DNA of 64,000 nt from an uncultured bacterium (GCA_938041455.1 CALITO010000008.1:206319-270318), one strand, 5' to 3'. Positions 10,290 through 20,206 are shown, counted from the first letter of the stretch. Made by a program: numbers and translations. The notes: a model not told the origin generated them from the letters alone.

Positions 10290-10923
10290 ACAGAACTACC
10301 TGATTGGAAAGGACAAGGGATAGATTCTTGGCCTTCGCTACCTGGGCTATGGCTTTGTCTACCGCCTGCTTTATATATGGGGTTACATCCTCATTCTCCT
10401 TCACAGTTATACCCAACTTTGCGAGTTTGTCCTTGATGTCTTTTTCCATCTTAGTGGTTAGTTCATCTCTCTTCTTATTCAGCTGGTCTTGATACTCCTT
10501 GACGATAGTATTTATATCGATGTCCGCGGCACTCCTTAATCCTTGAAGTTCGGAGAGTCTCTGCTTCTGGGTATCCGTAAGGTTTTGTTGATTTTCTAAT
10601 TCCTGTAATTCCCTTTGCCTACCTGCGGCGAGATTCTCCAACTCTTCCAATCTCTTCCTCTCGCTTTCCGTTAAAGTGGTCTTTGCTATCAGCCCTTTGA
10701 ATTCAGCTCTCTCTTGGGAAGTAAGCATATAGTTGCTCAGGTGGCGATTTATGATTAGTTGGAGCTCATTCGCTAACTCCTGGTACTGCCTTTGGAGTTC
10801 CTGCGCGTTAGTGAAGGTGTTGAGAACCTGCTCCAAATCCACATAACCTATGCCTTCTGCCTTTGCTATGGGGAGAAACCAGGCGAGGTCAAAAAGCAAA
10901 GTCAGGATACACAATTTTCTCAC
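10240..10923 (-). CDS. OmpH/Skp-like periplasmic chaperone
   Basis: Signal peptide, long coiled-coil (ELQRQYQELANELQ...), classical position upstream of lpxD. Confidence 0.6.
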   Translation of the reverse strand: MRKLCILTLLFDLAWFLPIAKAEGIGYVDLEQVLNTFTNAQELQRQYQELANELQLIINRHLSNYMLTSQERAEFKGLIAKTTLTESERKRLEELENLAAGRQRELQELENQQNLTDTQKQRLSELQGLRSAADIDINTIVKEYQDQLNKKRDELTTKMEKDIKDKLAKLGITVKENEDVTPYIKQAVDKAIAQVAKAKNLSLVLSNQVVLFGGVDITAEVIKAINK

Positions 10924-11001
10924 TTACATTTCACCTATCCTCTCTTTTTGATTTATCTAATTTTAATAAGCATTTATTTAGACAGCAAATTTTTTTAAAT
11001 G

Positions 11002-12117
11002 TTACTCTTCCCTCCCCGGGGTAGGAAGTCTGAAGCGCCTGATGACGAGGCGGAAAGTTGTATAATAGATTAGGAAATAAAGAAGCCCCGAAAGCAGGAG
11101 GAGCCAGGGCTTCTTAGCAAGACCCAGGTTGAGGCAGAAATCTATCAACCCAGCGGAAAAGCTGAACCCACTTTTAGCACCCATAAGATGGGTGAGGACA
11201 AGAGACGAACCTGTCAACACCGAGTGAAGGACAAACAACTGAGGAGCAAGGAACATAAACGAGAACTCTATTGGTTCTGTAACCCCTGTGATGATGGAAG
11301 TTAAAGCAGCGGAAAGAAGTATTCCTCCTACGAGTAATTTTCGTTCTTGCTTCGCTTCTTGATACATAGCAAGACAAACAGCGGGAAGAGCAAAGAGCAT
11401 TATGGGATAGAAACCTGCCATAAAGCTTCCCGCTGTGGGGTCGCCGGCAAAGAAACGCCCCATATCCCCGTGGTAGACCTTACCACTCACTTCGTAACTG
11501 CCGAATGTGAACCAAACTAAGCTATTTATTATATGATGCAGTCCAAAGGGTATGAGAAACCTGTTCATAGTTCCGTAGATAAAAAGCCCTACTCCACCTG
11601 ATTTCACCATCCACTCTCCAAATCTTTCCATCCCGCTCTGTATAGGAAGCCAGATGTATCCGCAAGCGAGCCCCAAGAAAAGGGCAAGGAAGGCAGAGAT
11701 AAGAGGAGGGAATCGCCTCCCTCCAAAAAAGGCGAGGAAAGGAGGGAGTTTCACCTCGTGAAATCTTTCGTAAAGATAAGCAGTAAATAGCCCTACGAGA
11801 ATGCCCCCTAATACGCCCATATCTATTTCCTCGTTTATCTGTTTAAGCGTGGCGGAGAAAACAAGATAGGCAACGAGGGCAGAAAGCCCAGCTATTCCCG
11901 CCTGGGAAGTAAAGCCGATGGCTACCCCTACCGCAAAAAGCAGGGGAAGCGCGTCAAAGATGGCTTTCCCTGCCTGGTTCATAATAGGGATATCCAAGAT
12001 ATCCTTAGCTCCCAGGCGAAGTAGCAGGGCAGCTGCAGGGAGAACCGCTATGGGAACTAAAAGGGAAGTTCCTACCCTCTGCAAAAGAGCAAGAAGACGG
12101 GATAACATTCCTTGCAC
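11002..12117 (-). CDS. PTS transporter EIIC subunit, glucose/N-acetylglucosamine family (EIIC domain only)
   Basis: 10 TM helices, conserved FGLHH and GxxEP-like EIIC motifs; no EIIA/EIIB/HPr/EI gene in window. Confidence 0.7.
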   Translation of the reverse strand: MQGMLSRLLALLQRVGTSLLVPIAVLPAAALLLRLGAKDILDIPIMNQAGKAIFDALPLLFAVGVAIGFTSQAGIAGLSALVAYLVFSATLKQINEEIDMGVLGGILVGLFTAYLYERFHEVKLPPFLAFFGGRRFPPLISAFLALFLGLACGYIWLPIQSGMERFGEWMVKSGGVGLFIYGTMNRFLIPFGLHHIINSLVWFTFGSYEVSGKVYHGDMGRFFAGDPTAGSFMAGFYPIMLFALPAVCLAMYQEAKQERKLLVGGILLSAALTSIITGVTEPIEFSFMFLAPQLFVLHSVLTGSSLVLTHLMGAKSGFSFSAGLIDFCLNLGLAKKPWLLLLSGLLYFLIYYTTFRLVIRRFRLPTPGREE

Positions 12118-12136
12118 CTCGTTTTTTTCAAATCTC

Positions 12137-14803
12137 TCAATTTGAAGTGTGGCTCAATCTATCTAAGGCTTCCTTCGCCTTCTCATTTTGAGGGGATACA
12201 CTTAAAATCCTCTCATAGGTTGCCTTAGCTTTCTCCTTGTCGTTCCTCTCCTCGTAAAGATTGGCCAAGAAAAAGAGGACTTCAAGATTCATAGGATTTC
12301 TTTGGGAGAATTGCTCAAGCGAATCTATGGCTTGTTCAATGCTACCCTGTTCTCTAAGGAGGTCGGCGAGTCCCAGGAGAGCAACGGAACTATCTGGCTC
12401 TTTTCTCAATATTTCCTCGTATTGCTCTCTCGCCTTCTCCTTGTCTCCTGCCTTCGCCAAAGCAGAAGCCAACTTCAACTTATAATATGTTCTCTCTGGG
12501 GCAAGGTTTACCAATTTTTCATAGGCTTCCACTTCCTGCCTAACCTCTCCTTTTGCCTCCCAGATAAGAGCCAGATATCTCCAAGCAATTTCGTCCTCTT
12601 TTTGCCTCTCCACTAATTTGCGAAATACATCAAGTGCTTTATCCAGGTATTCGCCTTTGTGGAAGTTTTCCCAGGACAAAAGCTTTCCTAACTCCTCCTC
12701 AAAAAGGGGAACTGGCTCCTTCTCTAACTTTCCCTCCAGATAGGATATGCATTCACTGAGGGTTCCTGCTCCTTGGCAAAGGCTTATATACGCCCTTAGA
12801 GCTGCTCCATTTTGGAGTTGCTCCTCTATAAGGCTCTTCAAGAAGTAAGAAGTGGGAGCAAATTGTTTCGTGCGGAGTGCGAAGTTAACAAGGCTGTTAT
12901 AAGCTTCCTGGTTTTGAGGATAGGAGGTGATGAACCCTCTATAAAGCGCTAACGCCTGAGAGATTTTCCCCTGTTGCTCGAGGAGAGAAACCATTCTGTT
13001 TAAGGTCCATAGATTTTGGGGTTCTAGTTGTCTGAGCTTTTCATACACCGCGATTGCCTCATCGTATATCTTATTCTTCTCCAGCGTTTGAGCAAGGCGA
13101 GATAGCACCGCTACATCATCCGGGTACCGCTCCGCTATCTTTCTCATCTCCGTTAATGCTTCTTCTGGCCTACCCAATTGTTCCAAAAGGCGAGGTATAT
13201 TGAGAAGATAAAAGGGACCATTAGTTGATTTTTCCAACTCCCTATAACAGGATAGAGCACCTACAAGGTCTTTGCTCTTCTCCAAAAGTAGGGCTTTACG
13301 ATAGATAACCTCGCTGTTATTAGGTGCTACTTTGAGCGCGGCGTCGTATTCCTCCAAAGCCAACTGGGTTTTCCCTTCTCCTTCGTAAATCTGCCCTATC
13401 AAAAGGTAGGGTTGCACCGATTTCTTATCCACTTCCTTGGCCTTTTGATACCTCTCTATTGCTAAATCGGTTTTACCTTCTTCCTGAAGAAACTTGCCTA
13501 TCTCCAGAAGCGGCGTGATATCCTTGGGGTGTCTTTGTAGATAATCCTCATAAGTTTTTATAAAACCCTCTTTATCTCCCTTCTTCTTTTTTAGCTCTGC
13601 GATGCTCCTATATAGTTCAAAATCCTCAGGCATTACCTCCAAAGCTTTTCTATATTCCTCTAGCGCTTCGTCTAACTTCCCCTGGCGCTCTAACAGGGAA
13701 GCAATTCTTTGATAGGCAGTTATGTCCTTTGAATTAATAGAAAGGATTTGGCGATAACAAGCGATTGCTTCCTCCGACTTATTCTGTAACTCCAATAGAT
13801 AAGCTTTATCATAGAGGAACTTGGATTCTTTAGGGAAAAGTTCTATGCTCTTTTGATAAATTTCCTCCGCTTGCTTTATCTGTCCTTGCTGAATGAGACA
13901 AAAAGCGAGATTTTCCATTGCTTGTTGATTTTTAGGGTCCAGTTTCAATGTGTCCTCAAAAGCCTTTCCTGCTTCTTTAAAGTTGCCCTGTTGTAAGAGG
14001 CAAACTCCAAAATTGAAGTGGAAGGCAGGATTCCTTGGTTCCATCTTGACCAATTCTCGCCATAGTTTCTCCGCTTCCTTTAAATCACCACTTTGCTGTG
14101 TAGTTATGGCGAGGTGAAAGAGGAGCGTTCTATCCTTCGGCTTGTATTGGAGAGCCTTTTTAAGGTAAGGGATAGCTTCTTTTGCTTTCCCTTCAGCGAT
14201 GAGGACCTCGCTGAGTCCCAGGTAAGCGGGTATGTAATCGGCCTGGCGGGATATGGCTTTCTTAAAATAGTCCGAAGCTTGGGCGACCCTACCCTGTTGC
14301 AAGGAAACCAGCCCTAAATTAAAGGGGGGAATAGCGCTATTTGGCATCAACTGCTCTGCTTTTTTGAAATTATTCTCCGCTTCCTTCCAATTCTCCTCGT
14401 AAGCATAAACCGCTCCGAGATTAAGGTAAGCCTCAGCATTTTTGCCATCCAAGGAAATGGCTTTCTTTAGATATTCTTTCGCTTGTCTGAGGTCTTTCCG
14501 TTGTAGGTAAAGCAGCCCGAGCTTGGTATTAGCGAAACTATTATCCGGGTCAAGTGAAATCGCCTTCTTAAAGCTCGTTTCCGCCTCGTTTAACTTCCCT
14601 TTGTTCATATAAAGTAGTCCCATATTTATGTAGGCAGGTGGGGTATCGGGCGCTATTTTCAAAATTTCCTGATATTTCTGGATGGCTAAATCTATCTTGC
14701 CTTGTTCTGTCAGAGTGATGGCTTCTTGGAAAAGCGCCTTCGGGTCCTTCTCAGAAAAGAGAAGCAAGGGAAGGAAAAGAAGGAGGCAAAATAACTTCTT
14801 CAT
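12137..14803 (-). CDS. Secreted tetratricopeptide-repeat (TPR) protein, 888 aa
   Basis: More than 20 recognisable 34-aa TPR units (A..Y..LG..Y....EA), signal peptide. Confidence 0.85.
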   Translation of the reverse strand: MKKLFCLLLFLPLLLFSEKDPKALFQEAITLTEQGKIDLAIQKYQEILKIAPDTPPAYINMGLLYMNKGKLNEAETSFKKAISLDPDNSFANTKLGLLYLQRKDLRQAKEYLKKAISLDGKNAEAYLNLGAVYAYEENWKEAENNFKKAEQLMPNSAIPPFNLGLVSLQQGRVAQASDYFKKAISRQADYIPAYLGLSEVLIAEGKAKEAIPYLKKALQYKPKDRTLLFHLAITTQQSGDLKEAEKLWRELVKMEPRNPAFHFNFGVCLLQQGNFKEAGKAFEDTLKLDPKNQQAMENLAFCLIQQGQIKQAEEIYQKSIELFPKESKFLYDKAYLLELQNKSEEAIACYRQILSINSKDITAYQRIASLLERQGKLDEALEEYRKALEVMPEDFELYRSIAELKKKKGDKEGFIKTYEDYLQRHPKDITPLLEIGKFLQEEGKTDLAIERYQKAKEVDKKSVQPYLLIGQIYEGEGKTQLALEEYDAALKVAPNNSEVIYRKALLLEKSKDLVGALSCYRELEKSTNGPFYLLNIPRLLEQLGRPEEALTEMRKIAERYPDDVAVLSRLAQTLEKNKIYDEAIAVYEKLRQLEPQNLWTLNRMVSLLEQQGKISQALALYRGFITSYPQNQEAYNSLVNFALRTKQFAPTSYFLKSLIEEQLQNGAALRAYISLCQGAGTLSECISYLEGKLEKEPVPLFEEELGKLLSWENFHKGEYLDKALDVFRKLVERQKEDEIAWRYLALIWEAKGEVRQEVEAYEKLVNLAPERTYYKLKLASALAKAGDKEKAREQYEEILRKEPDSSVALLGLADLLREQGSIEQAIDSLEQFSQRNPMNLEVLFFLANLYEERNDKEKAKATYERILSVSPQNEKAKEALDRLSHTSN

Positions 14804-15189
14804 TTCTCTCCCTTTTTATAAACCTCTTCAGGGGAGAATACCTTGATTCCTTGTATTTCCAATTTATCCCCTCTTAAGATCCTATGGAAACAACTTTTAT
14901 AACCTGTGTGACAAACCGCGGGAGGAGCTTCCACTCTCAAAAGGATGGTATCGCCGTCGCAGTCGAGCCAAATTTCTTTTACCCTCAAGAAGTTCCCCGA
15001 TGTCTCCCCTTTTACCCATAGTTTCTGCCTGGAACGGCTATAGAAGCAAGCTATTTTATCCTCCACTGTCTTCCTAAGCGCTTCCTCGGTCATATAAGCC
15101 ACCATCAAAACCTCGCCCGTTTTCTCATCTTGAACCACAACGGGCACCAGCCCCTCAGCATCAAATTTCACCTCCTTGATCCACTCCAT
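14800..15189 (-). CDS. hisI: Phosphoribosyl-AMP cyclohydrolase HisI (monofunctional)
   Basis: VVQDxxTGEVLMVAYMxxEAL and CHTG motifs; 129 aa. Confidence 0.85.
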   Translation of the reverse strand: MEWIKEVKFDAEGLVPVVVQDEKTGEVLMVAYMTEEALRKTVEDKIACFYSRSRQKLWVKGETSGNFLRVKEIWLDCDGDTILLRVEAPPAVCHTGYKSCFHRILRGDKLEIQGIKVFSPEEVYKKGEK

Positions 15190-15193
15190 TTTC

Positions 15194-15964
15194 TTACTCT
15201 TCCTTGAGAAGGCGCACAGGGATTCCCCTAGTGGAAAGGTATTCCTTGATTTCCCCTATAGTATATTGGCGATAATGAACCATTGAGGCGACTAACGCGG
15301 CATCGGCCAAACCCACTGTGAGGGCTTCCTCTATATGCTGGAGAGTACCTGCTCCTCCCGAGGCTATCACAGGAATGGAAACTGATTCCGCTACCTTTCT
15401 TGTGAGTTCTATGTCATAGCCCATTTGGGTTCCGTCCCTATCTATACTGGTGAGGAGGATTTCCCCTGCTCCCAATTCCTCCACTTTTTTCGCCCATTCA
15501 ATCGCATCTAAGCCCGTGGGGGTTGTTCCTCCTTTAATGTAGACTTCCCAATTTGTAGGGGAGACCATTTTCGCATCTATGGCCACTACTATGCATTGGG
15601 CACCAAAATTTCGGGAAGCCTCTTTGATGAATTCTGGATTAGCCACTGCTGCAGTGTTTATTGATACTTTATCTGCACCTGCTTCCAAAAGTTTTCTTAT
15701 CTCTTCTATTGTTCTTATCCCTCCGCCGATGATGAAAGGGACGAAAACTTCCTCGGCACATCTCCTAGCAAGCTCAACCATTGTCCCTCTTTCCTCCAGT
15801 GAGGCACTGATATCAAGAAAGACGATTTCATCTGCTCCCTCTTTATCGTAGAAAGAAGCCAACTCAACAGGGTCGCCAGCATCTCTTAGATTTATGAAAT
15901 GTGTGCCTTTGACGACCCTCCCATCTTTCACATCCAAGCAGGGTATTATCCGTTTCACTAACAT
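15194..15964 (-). CDS. hisF: Imidazole glycerol phosphate synthase cyclase subunit HisF
   Basis: [17 protein letters not shown]-terminus, (beta/alpha)8 motifs. Confidence 0.9.
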   Translation of the reverse strand: MLVKRIIPCLDVKDGRVVKGTHFINLRDAGDPVELASFYDKEGADEIVFLDISASLEERGTMVELARRCAEEVFVPFIIGGGIRTIEEIRKLLEAGADKVSINTAAVANPEFIKEASRNFGAQCIVVAIDAKMVSPTNWEVYIKGGTTPTGLDAIEWAKKVEELGAGEILLTSIDRDGTQMGYDIELTRKVAESVSIPVIASGGAGTLQHIEEALTVGLADAALVASMVHYRQYTIGEIKEYLSTRGIPVRLLKEE

Positions 15965-16021
15965 AAAATAAATTTTAGCAAGGCAAAGAACGATCGTAAA
16001 GCATAAATTGAAGATTGGGAG

Positions 16022-16831
16022 TTATTGAGAGAGGACTCTCACCTGGTTTTTCGGGACAAGAAATCTGCCCTTTTCCTCTATCTCCACCACCACCGCTTCT
16101 CTTAAAGGATTTATTTCCACTACCCTTCCTCGCCCTTCAGGGGTTACTACAACCGTGCCGGGAGGGGGCAATTCTCCCTTGATTTTTTGATAAAAATCTA
16201 ACTCGAAAGCAAGGCAACACATCAATCGTCCACAGGAACCTGTATATTTGCTCGGGTTAGCAAACAAACCTTGTTCCCCTATCATCCTTATAGAGATGGA
16301 ACGGAAGGAATTGAGGAAGGAATAACAACATACAATCCTCCCACATGGTCCTAGTCCTCCGAACCGTTTAGCTTCATCCCTCGCTCCTATCTGGGTAAGT
16401 TCTATGCGCACTTTGAAGATACTTGCTAAAGATTTCACGAGAACTCGGAAGTCTACCCTTTCTTGTGCGCTGAAATAGAAGATAAGATGTGTCCCATCAA
16501 GAGTGTATTCCGCTCCCAAGAGTTTCATAGGGAGATTGTGTTTCTCGATCTCCTTTTCACATATCGGCAGAGTCTCTCGCGCTTTTTTCTCATTTTCTTG
16601 CCATACCGCGAGGTCTTCCAAGGTAGCTACCCTTAATATCTCCCCTTGAGGGGTTTTCTCTTCCGTCTCCCCATCACTTGAATTTTCTTCTATTATCTCT
16701 TCAACAACCCCGAGTTCCTCCCCACGAGGAGTCTTGACAACAACCTGACTCCCTTCCCTAATAGAGAGGTCCTTCGTCTCGCAGAGCAAGGTGCTCTCCG
16801 CTTTGCCATAGGAAACTATCGCTTTCGCCAT
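16022..16831 (-). CDS. PSP1 C-terminal domain protein (YaaT/RicT-like)
   Basis: Conserved Cys cluster GPCGRIVCCYSF...GSCGRLMCCLAFE characteristic of PSP1/RicT. Confidence 0.75.
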   Translation of the reverse strand: MAKAIVSYGKAESTLLCETKDLSIREGSQVVVKTPRGEELGVVEEIIEENSSDGETEEKTPQGEILRVATLEDLAVWQENEKKARETLPICEKEIEKHNLPMKLLGAEYTLDGTHLIFYFSAQERVDFRVLVKSLASIFKVRIELTQIGARDEAKRFGGLGPCGRIVCCYSFLNSFRSISIRMIGEQGLFANPSKYTGSCGRLMCCLAFELDFYQKIKGELPPPGTVVVTPEGRGRVVEINPLREAVVVEIEEKGRFLVPKNQVRVLSQ

Positions 16832-16914
16832 TTCCTCTATACTATTTTAAATAGACTTTCCTGGAAGGTCAAACGCTACTTTGGTTTTCCTTTCTTTGTA
16901 TTTCCGTTTTCCGA

Positions 16915-16923
16915 TGTTATAAT
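16915..16923 (+). promoter_or_regulatory. Extended -10 element (TGtTATAAT) upstream of the fmdB-metG operon; GGAGG RBS at 16944-16948
   Basis: tgttataat 33 nt upstream of ATG 16956 in a divergent intergenic region. Confidence 0.4.
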
Positions 16924-16955
16924 TTATCTATTAAAAAAGAGTCGGAGGTGAAAGA

Positions 16956-17174
16956 ATGCCCATATATGAATTCATTTGCAAACACTGTGGTTACACCTTT
17001 TCCACCCTTTGCAAAGTGGGGGAAGAGGTTCGCTGCCCCCGCTGCGGAGGGGAAACAAGAAGAGTTTTTTCCTCATTCGCTATAACTTCTAATAATTCCT
17101 CTCAGGGAACTACTTCCTCCTCCTCTCCTTGTTCTACTTGTTCCCTGTCTAGTTGTGCTACCTGCAAATTATGA
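16956..17174 (+). CDS. FmdB-family zinc-ribbon protein with Ser/Thr/Cys-rich tail
   Basis: MPIYEFxCxxCG...CPxCG pattern; 72 aa. Confidence 0.7.
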   Translation: MPIYEFICKHCGYTFSTLCKVGEEVRCPRCGGETRRVFSSFAITSNNSSQGTTSSSSPCSTCSLSSCATCKL

Positions 17175-19070
17175 ATGGAGAAGATATTTTACATTACCAC
17201 ACCTATTTATTATGTTAATGATGTCCCTCATATAGGGTCTGCATATACCACTCTTGCCGCCGATATTCTTTCCCGCTATGTAAAGATGAAGGGGCGAGAG
17301 GTTTTCTTCGCCACGGGGACGGATGAAAACGCTCCCAAGGTGGCGGAGGCAGCAAAGGCAAGAGGTGAGGACCCCGCCAGCTTTTGTGAAAGGATGGCAG
17401 AGGAATTCAAGAAGGCCTGGTCTGGTCTGGGGATATCCTTTGATGCCTTCATAAGAACTACAGAGAAACACCACGCCGAGGTGGTGAAATATTTGGTTCA
17501 GGAACTCAAGGAAAAGGGGTGGATATACGAGGGCTATTATAATGGTTGGTATTGTATTTACGATGAAACTTATTTCCGGGAGGAAGAAGTAGAGAGGGGG
17601 TTATGTCCCAATCCCGAGTGTCAACGTCCTCTTCAACAGGTTTCGGAAAGGGGCTACTACTTCAAGCTTTCCGCTTTTGAAGAGCCCTTACTTTCTTTCC
17701 TTAGGGAGAGCAATAGCGTTTTGCCCGATTTTCGCCAGAGGGAAGTTCTCAACTTCGTCCTTGGTGGTTTAAGAGACATCTATATAACCCGCAAGAAAAA
17801 GGATTGGGGGATTCCTTTTCCCGGGGATGAAAAACTCCAAGTCTATGTTTGGGTTGATGCTCTGATAAATTATTTAACCGTAGCAGGTTTTCTCCAGGAT
17901 GAGGAGCTTTTTACCTCCTTATGGCCACCCGATGTGCAGTTTATGGGAAAGGATATCCTCGTCCGCTTTCACGCTACTCTTTGGCCGGCTATGCTTTTAG
18001 CTTTGGGGCTTCCCCTACCCAACCTCCTTTTCGGACATGGCTTCTTGACCGTAAAAGGGGAGAAGATGTCCAAAAGCAAAGGAAATGTCATCCATCCCCT
18101 CTCAGCGGTGGAGGAAATAATTCGCTTTTCCGGGTGCGAGAGGGCTTTCGCTAAGGACGCCCTTCGCTTCTATCTCTTTCGTTCCACTCCATTTGGGGCT
18201 GATGGCGATTTCTCCTATGAGGCTCTACGCGCCTGCTACAATGCAGACTTGGCTAATAATCTTGGCAATCTGGAGAATCGCTTAACCACTATGACGGATA
18301 GATATCTCAATGGCGAGGTCCCCCCTCCCCCCGAAAATGGTTACTCTCAAAGGGCGGAGGAGCTTCTTGCCAACTACCAACAAGCTATGGACAATCTTGC
18401 CTTCCATTCGGCAATTGGTGATGCTCTCTCCCTTCTTGATATGGCTAATAAGCACTTGGACAAAACGGCTCCCTGGCGGCTTTTTAAAGAGGGAAACATC
18501 CAAGCTATTCGCCGTTCTTTAGGAACGGCGATAGAACTTCTTCGTATATCCGCCATCTTGCTTCAGCCCTTCCTACCCTCCGCCTCCTCGGAAATTCTTT
18601 CCCGCCTAGGCTTCTCTCCCCCCTTACTTTTAAAAGATGCTAAATGGGGAGCCTTTACAAGGCAAGTAGAAGGGGTTAAAATTAAAAAAATGGCACCTAT
18701 ATTCCCTCGTATGGAGGAGGTGATAAAGATCTCAGCACAAGAGAAGGAAATAAGCATGGATGATTTCGCGAGGGTCGATCTAAGAGTAGGGAAGATAATC
18801 TCCTGTAAGGTGGTGGAGGGAACAGAAAAACTCTATCAGATGGAGGTTGACCTGGGAGAATTGGGAAAGAGGCGCACGGTTGCTGCGATAGCCCCTTACT
18901 ACACTCCGGGTGAACTTATAGGGAAAAGCGTTATCTTCGTCGCCAATCTCGCTCCCGCCAAGATAAGGGGATTGATATCAGAAGGAATGATTCTTGCAGT
19001 AGACGCCCCTAATAATGTTATAATCGTCACTCCCGAAAAGGAAGCTCCTCCCGGTTCCAAGGTTCGGTGA
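17175..19070 (+). CDS. metG: Methionine--tRNA ligase with C-terminal tRNA-binding (EMAP/Trbp111-like) domain
   Basis: HIGSAYTT (HIGH) and KMSKS motifs, zinc knuckle cysteines, C-terminal VDLRVGKI tRNA-binding domain. Confidence 0.95.
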   Translation: MEKIFYITTPIYYVNDVPHIGSAYTTLAADILSRYVKMKGREVFFATGTDENAPKVAEAAKARGEDPASFCERMAEEFKKAWSGLGISFDAFIRTTEKHHAEVVKYLVQELKEKGWIYEGYYNGWYCIYDETYFREEEVERGLCPNPECQRPLQQVSERGYYFKLSAFEEPLLSFLRESNSVLPDFRQREVLNFVLGGLRDIYITRKKKDWGIPFPGDEKLQVYVWVDALINYLTVAGFLQDEELFTSLWPPDVQFMGKDILVRFHATLWPAMLLALGLPLPNLLFGHGFLTVKGEKMSKSKGNVIHPLSAVEEIIRFSGCERAFAKDALRFYLFRSTPFGADGDFSYEALRACYNADLANNLGNLENRLTTMTDRYLNGEVPPPPENGYSQRAEELLANYQQAMDNLAFHSAIGDALSLLDMANKHLDKTAPWRLFKEGNIQAIRRSLGTAIELLRISAILLQPFLPSASSEILSRLGFSPPLLLKDAKWGAFTRQVEGVKIKKMAPIFPRMEEVIKISAQEKEISMDDFARVDLRVGKIISCKVVEGTEKLYQMEVDLGELGKRRTVAAIAPYYTPGELIGKSVIFVANLAPAKIRGLISEGMILAVDAPNNVIIVTPEKEAPPGSKVR

Positions 19071-19075
19071 AAAGT

Positions 19076-20206
19076 ATGGATTTGGTGACCAAGTCCAACC
19101 TGCTGGGGGAAGCAGCTAAATACGATATCTGCTCCGAGCAAGGAAGGTTCTCTCGTGCTTTCCGCAGCATTTATTATGCATCTCAAGGAGGAAATAAGTG
19201 TATTCCCCTTTTTAAAACCCTCCTTTCCTCCCGCTGTCAAAATAATTGTCTCTATTGTCCAATAAGGGCGGGAAGGGATATACCAAGAGCTCGCTATACT
19301 CCCGAGGAGTTAGCGAACATATTCTCCTATCTTTTGCAAAAGGGTTATGTTAGGGGGTTATTCCTCTCCTCAGCGATTGATACCTCTCCCCTCTATTCTA
19401 TGACGAAGATGATAGAAGCAGTGGAAATAGTGAGGAGAAGGGGATTTAATGGGTATATTCATCTCAAGATACTCCCCGGGGTGGATTTACAAAGCGTTGA
19501 GATGGCTATGAAGTTGGCTGACCGTGTATCCATAAACTTCGAAGCACCGAGCCAGTTTCACTTAGCTCTTATATCTCGTGAGAAATTTATGGAGGATTTC
19601 CTCCAGAAAATGGAATGGCTGAAGAAACTCTCTCAGCAGATAGAGTTACCTGCCGGCTTCACTACCCAGTTTGTTGTGGGAGCGGCGGGCGAAAGCGATT
19701 TTGAGATTCTATCTTTTGTGGATATGCTTTATTCTCGGTATTCCCTTCGCCGTGCCTATTTCTCTGCCTTCTATCCGGTCGTGGGGACACCGCTACAGGA
19801 TATGCCTGCTACGCCTAAATTGAGGGAAAACCGCCTTTATCAAGCGGATTTTCTTCTCCGCAAATATGGCTTTTCCTTTAACGAGCTCCCCTTTGACAAA
19901 AATGGCAACCTCCCCCGTAATCAAGACCCCAAACTGGTTTCCGCCTTGAGAAAGAGAGAATTTTTCCCCTTGGAGGTAAATAAGGCAAGCTTTGAAGAAC
20001 TCCTGAGGGTGCCAGGTATAGGACCCGTGTCAGCGAGGCGAATTGTAGAACTGAGAAGGGGGGAAAGGATAACATCATTGGAAATGCTGAAGAAGCTGGG
20101 GGCCGTTATAAAGAGGGCTAAGCATTTCATAACGGTAAATGGTTCCTACTTCGGCGCTTTAGATAATCTGAGTGAAGGACAGCTCACTCTGTTTAACCTT
20201 GGGTAA
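19076..20206 (+). CDS. Putative DNA modification/repair radical SAM protein (TIGR03916-like) with C-terminal helix-hairpin-helix
   Basis: CxxxCxYC rSAM motif (CQNNCLYCPI), C-terminal HhH LLRVPGIGPVSARRIVELR; GGTGA RBS 6 nt upstream of ATG 19076; overlaps metG stop if GTG 19067 used. Confidence 0.7.
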   Translation: MDLVTKSNLLGEAAKYDICSEQGRFSRAFRSIYYASQGGNKCIPLFKTLLSSRCQNNCLYCPIRAGRDIPRARYTPEELANIFSYLLQKGYVRGLFLSSAIDTSPLYSMTKMIEAVEIVRRRGFNGYIHLKILPGVDLQSVEMAMKLADRVSINFEAPSQFHLALISREKFMEDFLQKMEWLKKLSQQIELPAGFTTQFVVGAAGESDFEILSFVDMLYSRYSLRRAYFSAFYPVVGTPLQDMPATPKLRENRLYQADFLLRKYGFSFNELPFDKNGNLPRNQDPKLVSALRKREFFPLEVNKASFEELLRVPGIGPVSARRIVELRRGERITSLEMLKKLGAVIKRAKHFITVNGSYFGALDNLSEGQLTLFNLG

